A stretch of 64,000 bases of DNA. It comes from the human T2T-CHM13v2.0 reference genome, Homo sapiens. Location of the stretch: the NCBI RefSeq assembly GCF_009914755.1, contig NC_060932.1; one strand, 5' to 3'. The notes beneath the pieces were generated by a model, which worked only from the letters and a program-made list of their open reading frames with translations, ran no database searches and was not told the DNA's origin. Position numbers and translations under genes: made by a program. Positions 53,528 through 64,000 of this stretch are shown here, piece after piece (the stretch's first letter is position 1; each line of letters starts with the position of its first letter).

Positions 53528-55129
53528 GACTTTAAATGAAATTAAAATGTTAGTGCTGAAGAACTAGTATTGTACCTTTTGTAATAGGGCTACCTGAGGT
53601 TGATCCATTCTGCAAAGCCATAGTAATGAAGCAAGTCCAGTCAATGATGCTATCCTGAGAATGAGAGAGGGTGCAAAGGAGTGTCTCAAAGATGTGTTGA
53701 AAAGTTACCTTGTTTGCCAAAACAATGATGGATCCAATATTAGAAGTTAAGCTAAGTACCTAAACCAGCAGAGTGATAGGCAAGGATAAGAAGTGTTGGC
53801 TAGGGTAGCCAATTGTTGAGATGGGACAGGGTATAGTTTAGGAGGGTCAGAAAAAACATACATAGTGCGTTTTGGCACAGAAAGGTTAGGATCTTTGGGT
53901 GCTGTGAAGCTTCCTTTGGAGTTCAGGACTCACCAACAGAAGCTTCTAAGGAGGTTGAATTGAATAATTATGGGATATTGTTTACATTAGAACTAAGAAA
54001 ACTGTGAAAAGAGGGCTGGCAAGAAGTGGGCTACATAATCTTGGTTACCTATCTATAAGTGTCTCCCTCTTTACTTTGTACTGTATTTTTCCCTCCAAAC
54101 AATGCTTGTAAGGAGGACTTCTTTTCTGTATGTATTTTCAAGATCTTTTTAAAGTGTAAAACTCGGTTATTAGAGATGTTGTAAATTTGTATTAGATTTC
54201 TGAAATACATGCAACAAGTGAGCTTGCATAAAGGATTGGCTTCTGTTTCTGTTATTTTCAGAAACAGCTGTTACTAGTTAAGAAAGTAGGACACTATCTG
54301 TGCCTCTTTTGCAGGTTCAACATTTCACAACAGGTGGTAGCAAATGTATCTGTGGGGGGTCCCTTTTTCAACTTTGTACCCCTCCCCCCGGTCATCTCAA
54401 AAGAAAAGATCCAGTGTTTTGAGAAGGGCACGTCCACTGAGCTGCTCTTTGAAGGACACTTTCAAGTTTTCTTCTGTCCAAGTTTTCTCCTTTATGCTCT
54501 AGAAGTGAAAAGGAGAAAGAGATTGAACCTCATTATTATAAGGTTCATGAAATTGAAGCACTTCATAGTATGTGAAAGTCTTTTTCAGAAAAGCAATTGT
54601 TCCTTGTATTTTGGGGGAATTGATAATTACATATTCAGTCTTCTTTTGTTTTATATTTCTGTTTTTGAAGCCTCTAGAAGTTTAAACTATAATGTCTTAT
54701 GCTTGACATTTATTTTCATAGGTCATTTTAGTTATAATTTTCCCAAGAATCGGAACTAGTTCATTGTGTCATGTTTTTTTTCTGCCAATCTAAGTAGCTG
54801 AACATATTGAATATATTTAAAATGTGACGAGTTGATATTTTCCTTTAAAACAAACTAACAGACTTTGGATTAAAAAAGAGAAGTGCTTTAGGAAAGTATT
54901 CAAATTTTTCTCTCAGTGCTATGCAACAAGTATCACAGAAGTACTTTTAAAGTATATTATCAATTTTTATTAAGTGTACTAATTATAAAGCAGAAATATA
55001 TATACTTTTATACGCTTTCTACTATCTTTAACCAATACAGAATATGAGTAACTTTACAACTAATATGGATTTTGTACTTTAAAATACATTTTTCCATTTT
55101 GTGAATACCTTCTCTGTTTTTTCTGGCAG

Positions 55130-55212
55130 AGCCACATGCAGGGTTCAGAATAGCTTTCAACATGTTTGACACTGATGGCAATGAGATGGTGGATAAAAAA
55201 GAGTTTTTGGTG
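55130..55212 (+). CDS. MICU3: MICU3 coding exon (presumed exon 6), 83 nt, phase 1-0: (K)PHAGFRIAFNMFDTDGNEMVDKKEFLV, EF-hand 1
   Basis: ttttttctggcag|AG...GTG|gtatgt; 12-residue Ca2+ loop DTDGNEMVDKKE. Confidence 0.97.
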
Positions 55213-56857
55213 GTATGTATATTAGATGCTGCATTTTATCAATAATTAAATATTGCTTACTTATATTTTTATGTTTTTGCCTTATTGGGAGTACTACTGT
55301 AGAGAAAAGAGTGAAAAACTTACGCTTTTGCCTTTACTTAATAAAGTATAATACTCAGGTACTTTGAACAATATTTACATTTTACAAATATAAATTACAT
55401 TCAGTGTATGATGATGATTATCGTTGTTTTTTACCTTACATAAAAGTGTGAAATGTATCAGGTGTTTTCTGTTGGGTGGATAACAGGCAGTCCTCAGGTT
55501 ATACATGCCCAATTAATATTCAGTCCCCATTATGTCATCCACCTAGGCACACAACTCCTTCCATAGGAACTTCTCTTCCTTCTCAATATGGGATTCATGT
55601 TTTTTCTTTCTCTTTTCTCTTCCACTTACTCCTGCCTTGCATTCCAGTCTTGTCCCCACTTCCCTGTTCCTTTCTGTTATCTTTGACCATAGGCTGATAG
55701 TTCTTAGATATTTACCTTTTGATGTTTCTTTGATGGGTCCAGCTCTGGCACTGGTCTGACAGTGAGTTCAGTTGCTCACTCAACTTCACATACCCTGCTT
55801 CCAGAATTTTTCTGTTTGTTTTACCCATATATTTTGCATCTCTTTTTGTGACAAAATGCCTAGTATATTTTTTTTCTCTGAAATAGAAAATACTATTAGT
55901 GTATTCCTTAGAGTAACATGCTCTGCTTTTAGCATATATATTACACTCTGTCTTTACCTACACTCTCCGAGTAAAAAGAAAGGGAAATCAACAGCCATTT
56001 TCTTTTCTTCTTTTGTTTTCTTTTTAAATTATGGCCCTACCTCCTGAACAGCCATTTTATTTTCTACTTTTCCTTTGTAACATAGCTGTAAAAATTCCTC
56101 AGAAAACCTCTGAAAGAGCTTCATATTTACTTCAGAAGCTGAAACTCAGAGGAAGTCTATGACATCATTCTTTTTCTTAGTAGGAAAGAGAAAATATAAA
56201 AATCCTCATCAGAAGCTAATTAGTAGCCATTCAAAGGGAAACAAGCAGACTGATTACTGGGATTTATCAGTAGGCTTAAACTCTCACCCACGCAGCCCTT
56301 GCCCACGTGTAGTCCCTGAGCCAAGCCACTGGAGCTGGAGCCTTCATTCCAGTGCTTTGCAGAATGATGGGGAGATGGCGGTTTTCAATTTGATTACAAT
56401 AGATATAGATGTGTTTCTGCCATCCGAAAATGGCCAAGGTTAGTGTTGCTTTCTTATGATGGTACACAACTGTATTTTAGGAACTTTCAGAATGGGCCTG
56501 TTTTTCTGCAGAACGTTCTATGTCCATACTGCCAAGTTCCATCCCCCTGACTTAAAGTAAAAGATTAACTTTTGGAACTCACTCCTTTGGAAGTTGCCTG
56601 TGTGGATGTCTGCATTTTAGAGAAAAAGTAAAACTGTGACATTAAGTACATTTAACTTAATTATGGGTTACCAATACCAAAGGATATATCTTCTTGGGGG
56701 AAAAAACTGAAATCAGAAAATAGATCTATAGCAGTTTAAATGTTCTTGGTGGATGAAGCTGTTTTCTTTGTTTTTGGAATATACCTAGTCCAGAATAGTA
56801 GATAGGTGCCCAGAAACTCTTGTTGGATATTTGATTCTTGATTGATTTCTTTGTCAG

Positions 56858-56929
56858 CTTCAAGAGATATTCAGGAAAAAAAATGAAAAGAGAGAAATTA
56901 AAGGAGATGAAGAAAAGCGTGCAATGCTG
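56858..56929 (+). CDS. MICU3: MICU3 coding exon (presumed exon 7), 72 nt, phase 0-0: LQEIFRKKNEKREIKGDEEKRAML
   Basis: atttctttgtcag|CTT...CTG|gtaaga; purine-rich open frame. Confidence 0.95.
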
Positions 56930-57519
56930 GTAAGAATACTTTATAGTAGCTTTAGGTGGCTTTTGTAGGCAACAATTATTTTATTCATGTTAAGAAACAA
57001 TAATTAAAGTTTGTAACTTTGAAGCTGTCCCTTTCTTGAAAACTTTGTAAAGTTTTTATGTAGAAAAATTGCTTCAGTATTTATATGCATTGATATCAAT
57101 ATTTACTTCAAATATTGATATTAAACATTTGTATCCATAATCATTCATTAAATCATTTTCATCCATATTGTTATCTGTGAGATTTGAAGGGTATATCATA
57201 CAATAGATTAATACAGATCATTATGCATGTAAAAATTTAAAGGTGAATTGCAAAGATTTAATTATAATGTGAGAGAATTTAGTGGTAATATAACAAGGTG
57301 ACTGTCGAAACGAATAGAAGGAGATGATATGTTTTCTTGCATTCTTAGATGTATATATTAGAGATTCTTCTTCTGGGATATATAATATTTTCATCTTTTT
57401 CTGAAGTTAGAGTTAAGCAACATTACCCTCCATCTTCCTAACCAGTTTTCTTTTTATCTGAAGTATTTCAGCCTGACCATAGGCCAGGTTCACATAATAA
57501 AAATAACAAACAGGTACTG

Positions 57520-57730
57520 AGACCTTACAAACGGACACTATACTAGGTGCTTTCCATACATTTCTGATTTAAGCTACCCAACAATTCTCTTAGTATCCAT
57601 AATTATAGATGAGGAAACTGATAATTGGGAAGGTTAAGTATCTTGTCCAAAGTTACATAGTTATTAAATGGCAAAGCCAAAGATTTGAACCTGTGTCTGG
57701 CCAACTCCAAAACCTCACTTTTATCCATTG
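57520..57730 (-). mobile_element. MIR
   Basis: tatagatgaggaaactga...aggttaagtatcttgtccaaagttacatag core. Confidence 0.75.
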
Positions 57731-59479
57731 TGACATATTTCTTTGTCTGATACTTAGATAACCAGAAATACAGTGAATTTTGTTGGCATGTAAATGACAT
57801 TTGTTTCATTTGCAAATTGATGGCCCTGTGCAGTAGTTTAATTGTCCTACATAGAATTCAGATAACTAACTTCAGAGAGCTAAAACTTTATTTTTATTAT
57901 TCTCATTTTTATAAGAATATGTATTAGGTTTTTCTTAACATAGATTATTATCTATAGCAGATGGGTGCCATATTCAATCCCAATATATTTATGAAGTGTA
58001 CGTTTATATTTAGTTGAATGAAAGCAGATTATCAGGATTATATAGCACATACTGCTTTACAGGATATTTGACCATGCTATAATTCTTAGTAGTCATTGAA
58101 CATCCCTCAGTATACTATTGACAAAGCTTATGGAAGACAGTCTTAAAAAATCAAAGAGTTCATTGTAATGTTAGTCAAGTATCAAAAGGGGCAGTAGTAG
58201 TTCTCTACTTAATTCAGGTCTCATGATTTTCAAATTGTAATTAATAAATCCTACATGAATAGCCCCATAATTGCAACTGTTTAGAGTATTAGCAAAGAAG
58301 ACTAGAGAATTGAATACTTTCTTAAATTTTATTTCTTGTAAATAATATACTAAATGAGTAAACAGTTATTTTAATTTTGATATATTACCTCTAACTATAA
58401 TTGACTGAATAGGCAAGTTGTTAATAAAATACTATTTAAGGAGGCTGAATAATGTTAATGAATCTATTGATATACTTTAATGATAAAGTAGATAGTATTT
58501 CAGTGGATATAAATATAATTGTTTTATTTATTTGTTTATTTATACTACTTCCAGAGAGGACTTACACATCTTCCAGTAAAAATACAGTATTATTCTGGTC
58601 ATTAACATTTATTAATACATCCATCAAGTAATAAAGGGAGATAAAAAAGAGAAAAATATTAGCAGACAATGCACACTGAGAAAACCTACAGTGTTAGCAC
58701 AAAATTTGGCTCTGAGCGTCACTGCAGCCAAGGTATAAGAAATTTAATATTGATTTAATGCAAATATTTTATAATAGTGATAGAGTAAAACATCATTAAC
58801 TTAGATTAATTAGGGAAAATCCATCTGAATTATATAATCTAAATTATACCAGCATACCCTAAGTTGTATTATTTTATTTTATATGGGTTAATGAACCATT
58901 CCCTTTCAAATATATGGAGAAGGAGATTTGTTTTAAAGAACAGATTAAAATAACTTTTAAGTAATATAATATATAATTTGTTTATTTATAAACGAATGCT
59001 TACTAAAGTCTTTGATATCCACAGGTACCTCGGAAGTATTCGTTTTATGTAACTTAAATAGCGCTTCTAAAATCTTACTTTTATAATGTAGCTATCAGAG
59101 CTCTTCCTTAAAACAATTCAGAAATAATCTTTAGTACAACTTTGGAACTAACAGCACTTTACACTATAGCTCTCCAAATAGTCATTACTGTGTTTAGCAA
59201 TAATGATAATTAGTGTTAACATTGTTAATCACATTTTAAATAATGCAAATCTGAACCAGGGAGGTTTTATTTTATATTACTTTAGTTATCAAAGATTTTA
59301 GTTTTAAAGTTTTTTTTAGTTATACTACTTTACTTAGAAAACATTATGTAAAATGTAAGGTGATGTTATCAAGGTGATAGAAATGACAATATGATTCCAC
59401 ATATTCTTAGAATAGTTTGGCTGAGTTCTGAGGCAATTAAAATTTAACTTATTGTGAAAATATATGAATTACATAAGAG

Positions 59480-59710
59480 AGAGAGCATAGCACAGGCTCA
59501 GGAGCCAGATTTTTGGGGTTTGAGTATTAGCCCTGCCACTCATTACCTGGATGACCTTGGACAATGTCCTTAACCTCTCTGTTCCTCAGTTTTTTTTCAT
59601 TTGTACGATGGGGGCATTAGGAGTAATGACCACATGTGATTGGTATGGAGGTTAAAGCACATAGCTACTTAACCATGTGGAATGTAATAAACACTCAAAA
59701 AGGTTAGCTA
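59480..59710 (+). mobile_element. MIR
   Basis: gaccttggacaatgtccttaacctctctgttcctcagttt core. Confidence 0.7.
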
Positions 59711-60439
59711 GTAGTGAAACTTATTCTTTAGTTAGTAGAACCATGTAGCTACTTTAAACTGAATCTTAACATACCTAAATAAAAATTAAATCAAAACTAA
59801 AGTTAAAAATATTTATATGCCAAAATAAAACTGTGATTCAGAAGGGAAAAGGGAAGTGAACATAACATTTCTTGGGACACTTATGTGCTAAGCTCCATGC
59901 TATACTCATTGTTAATGTTACTCCCCTTTAGTCCTCATGACCGTTCTACCAGGTAAGTATTATACCTGCTTGGAGATGAGAAAACAGTCTTAGAGAGATT
60001 CATGTGCCTAATGTCACAGCACTGATCACAGCAGAGCAGGATTCCAGCACAGGTCTCTCATACCATTTCCACTGCCTTGCTGCTGCATCTGGATTTCCCC
60101 CTATGCCATGTAGCATTGCGGAAGCATGTCCAAATCAAACCGCATACTTCAGGACAACGTGTTTTACTGAAAGCAGTAGTTCTATTAGAAGGTTATAATG
60201 AAATGGTTGAAATGAGCAAAAATTCATTTAATGTTTAATTATCTGAGATTTTTAAAACTTTGCTACTCATCTTTAACATTTATCTCACTTGTATTGTTCG
60301 TGTGCTCTATATAAAATGTAGCATAATGATTTGCCCTTCCTAATTGATTATTTTGTCGTCTTTTTCCTTTTTTCTTTTGCTGTACTTGGGTTCATTCTGA
60401 AATATGACACTTCATTTGGCCCTTTGTGCTCTATGTCAG

Positions 60440-60478
60440 CGTCTTCAACTTTATGGATACCATTCTCCTACTAATAGT
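60440..60478 (+). CDS. MICU3: MICU3 coding exon (presumed exon 8), 39 nt, phase 0-0: RLQLYGYHSPTNS
   Basis: gctctatgtcag|CGT...AGT|gtatgt; peptide matches recalled MICU3 continuation. Confidence 0.9.
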
Positions 60479-61751
60479 GTATGTACAATACTTTAAATGT
60501 TCTTTATGTATATAGCCCTCACCTGTTATACTTGATAATGTTATTTCTTTATATAAAGCTATATCTGCTGTTTACTAATAGAATGTTTTGGAATTTATTG
60601 AACACAATAGGTGCAATGAAGCCATAATGTTACATTTCATTCCTAGATTTATGTGAAGACTAAAATATGCAGAATAATTATATATCTTTAACTTTAGATT
60701 AAAATAAGGAAAAGGTAAGTGTACAACAATTAAAACATAATAATTGAAATTTTATATCTTTTAGCAGTATTTGAAGAGTTATGTAGAGAGAGCAGATTCT
60801 CAGGCTATGTTCCTGCAGAACACAGGTATTTTATGAACCAGATCTATCCACCTTATGTACAGTCTTTGTTCAATTCTAATAAGTGTCTTAATGGATAGAC
60901 TTTTTTTCATTTTCACTTTTGCTCACAATTTTTTTTCAAAGCCTTTGTTTCCTGCCATTTCCTCTGCTCTACACAAAAATCTGGTGTAAGCTGCTACTTG
61001 ATATGTTATATCAGTTTATCATATTATTTCTAAAGAGGATAATGACTTTCAGACTTTTCTTGTCTTAAAAAAATTGAGAATTTCTGTAGATGAACTTCCA
61101 GTTGTACCCTTCTTCTTATGCTGAGCTTTCTTCTTTCTTTTCTCCTGAGAAAGTCAGCACTTTTGGTTAGCCCAGCTGCTAAAGGAGAACAGGCCATGGC
61201 CCTTTTTGAATGTAAACATGTGCAGTTCACTTAATTTCCCCAAGGATCCTTAAGCCTCCTGCAAGGATCCCTCAATTTTTGCAAATTCCACCATAGGAGC
61301 CCTTGAATTCAGGGTTACTGATTTAATATTATCCTGCTAAAAGTATTCTAGTTGTAGTGTACAATTCTAAAAGTAGGTGTATTGTCTCCTGTATTGGATA
61401 GTTAATCAAAATTCCAAACTATAAAAACTAATTCTGTTACAGATTTAAACAGCTACTGGAGGCTGATCCCTGTAAACTAAACCTAAGATATTTTTCCTCA
61501 TTATACAAAATGGACCTGGAATGGGTAGAGAAACAAGCCAAGTCCATAGGATCCATATAAGTAATTGTTTTGTTTACTTACAAGATACTTTAAATTTTTT
61601 CTACAGAAATCACTACTCTTTTCCATTAAGTAAAGCCTGTCATTTCCTTTACATTTTTAAAGGATTACTCTGTTAATGATTTCAACAATTTCTGGAATGT
61701 GTAAGATGAAAATCTCACAGATTATAATGCCATATGCCATATACTACTTAG

Positions 61752-62069
<318 letters not shown>

Positions 62070-63239
62070 TATGATTTATTTTTCTAATGTAATATGTCAT
62101 CATTGTATGAACCATTTTTCTAACTTTGACAATTTTTATTTTTCCCTTAATCTCATAAGCAGTTTTCATATAGGGTCATTATGCATTTTTTTTTAGAAAA
62201 ATACGTCTCAGAATAACGTTGCTAAAAGAAAATAGATCCTAATATTGCTGTAGTTTAAACTACATATGCAAATTGCAGTCACTGAGACATTAAGACAATA
62301 TTGAGAAGCAGACTTAAATCGCAAATTTTATTTATATTATGCCTGTTAAATAAAAAATTATGATTTTTACATTTTATTGTAATATTTTTTCTTTATTTCA
62401 TTTTATAGAAATCAGCTTTTTCTCATGTAAAATGCACACATTAAAGTGATGTAACTTGATGTCATTTTTACATAGTCTAAAATATTACAGGATTTTTCAA
62501 CTCCTCTATGAGTTTACTTGGTTAGATAAACTAAATTTCCTATAATAGAAAAATATTTGCTCATTAAGGAGTTATTATTTTCATAAACTACAAGCAAACA
62601 AGGGACATTCATTTACAATTAGAAAAAAATTCCAACATCCTGAAAATGTATATGAAATATCATTGATACAAGTATTATACAAATCTATTAGTATGGTGTT
62701 GTGAATTAACTAGCAATTATCTGCTAGTTTCCAGAGTTGTAAATTAACTCAAGTGTCTAATCTGAGTATAGATCATGGAGCTGGATATAAACTAAGAGAT
62801 TTATAAGAGCCAGTTTCTACCTTTAGGAAGAAGTTTCCTCAGGGAAAGCAGTGACCCGCTTGGCTTTTTACTATGGAGATAGAGACTCTGTGGTCTCTGT
62901 AGTGAACTGTTCCAAAATTTAATCACTTTTACAGTAGATGCTGCCTATTTTCCATCACGTTATTTCCTGCTACAGTGTAAAACTGAGCATACACCTTTGT
63001 ATTCATGAAGAGAGCTGTTACCTTATAACCTTTTCTGTTCCAAATAACCGTGATTCTTTTCCTATTTCTCATGTGGTCAACTCTTAATTTCATCATTGCA
63101 CAGTGATGAAAAGAAGTACAGAAATTCAAAAGGATAAATAATGCCAAAAGCCAAGTACATTTGACTTTGGCATGTATTAGAGGATTTTTTTAGAAGATTA
63201 TTCTAAATTCTCCTAGTTTCATTGCTGACAGAAAACATA

Positions 63240-64000
63240 CCAGTTTTTATACCAATTCTTTGGTGTATATTGAGACTTTTTTATGGACTAAAACAATATC
63301 AATATTCTTAAATCATCTGTATTTGAAAAGAATGTGTATTTTCCAGTTTGGGGTACAGGGTTGTGTAATATATACAGATGTATATTACCAAGCATGTTAG
63401 TTATGTGTTTTAAATCTTCTCTGTCATTACTAATGTTTTTGTCTGCTTGATTTGTCAATTAGTATGTTAAATTACACATTACAATAGATTTGTTAACTTC
63501 TACTTACTGTTTTCTTAATTTTTGTTTTATGTATTTTGAATTGTTGTTACCTGTATAAGATTATAGATTATTTATATCATCTTAGTGAATTGAATCCTCT
63601 ATTATATGCTATCCCTAGATCTCTAGAAATGTTTTTTGCCGTAAAATCTCTTTTAGTTATCAGAATAAATATACTACCTACCTCTATTTTAATGTTTTGT
63701 ACTACTTACTGTTTTTTCCTGTAGTGATGATGAAGCTTTCCCTGATTTTTAAAATATATTTTAGTTCAGAAATTTTCTATAATTAAAACGTAAATATACA
63801 ATAAAATAAATAATGATAAAATTATAACCACCATAGTATAGATCAAGAAGTAAAATATTGCCATATACCACGAATCCCCTTCATGTGTGTCCCCACTCAT
63901 AATCCCTCAATGTCCTTCAAAAGATAAACACAATCATGACTTTTATGTAAATCACTTACTTGCTTTGTTCTGTGGTTTTACCACCTACTTATGCATCCTA
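63240..64000 (-). mobile_element. Old L1M fragments
   Basis: T-rich; ttgaaaagaatgtgtatttt and gatcaagaagtaaaatattgcca segments. Confidence 0.5.

Noticed and set aside
54301-54759. 141-aa ORF and 19-nt micro-exon-like 54315-54333
   Set aside because: GTG start, no recognisable domain, weak donor gtggta, frame-shifting
60761-60831. Exon-like tagcag|...CAG|gtattt (58 or 61 nt)
   Set aside because: Weak donor, not frame-preserving, does not encode the expected VLKTDAEEL continuation

Overview
AT-rich primate (human-like) genomic DNA lying inside MICU3 (EFHA2, mitochondrial calcium uniporter regulator) on the + strand. The window covers the 3' ~34 kb of intron 1, seven short coding exons (presumed exons 2-8, 507 nt, spliced in frame to VAIGRTDIEDLDLYATSRERRFRLFAS...EF-hand DTDGNEMVDKKE...RLQLYGYHSPTNS) and the start of intron 8. 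The rest is mostly interspersed repeats: 18 Alus, L1/L2/MIR remnants, MER DNA elements, solo LTRs, and a nested cluster at 2591-9221 (Tigger1 > THE1 provirus > LTR12C, plus two Alus). Almost all ORFs in the supplied track are repeat-derived or chance. I see no clear new biological system. The best leads are regulatory: (1) a sense THE1 5' LTR whose ATG and splice donor are in frame with exon 2, which would give a MICU3 lacking its mitochondrial targeting N-terminus; (2) a strong 89-nt cassette/poison exon candidate at 12644-12732; (3) a 39-nt exon with a ~116-nt AG-exclusion zone and distant branch point; (4) an antisense LTR12C promoter. Gene identity, exon numbering and repeat subfamilies come from recalled sequences, not database searches.
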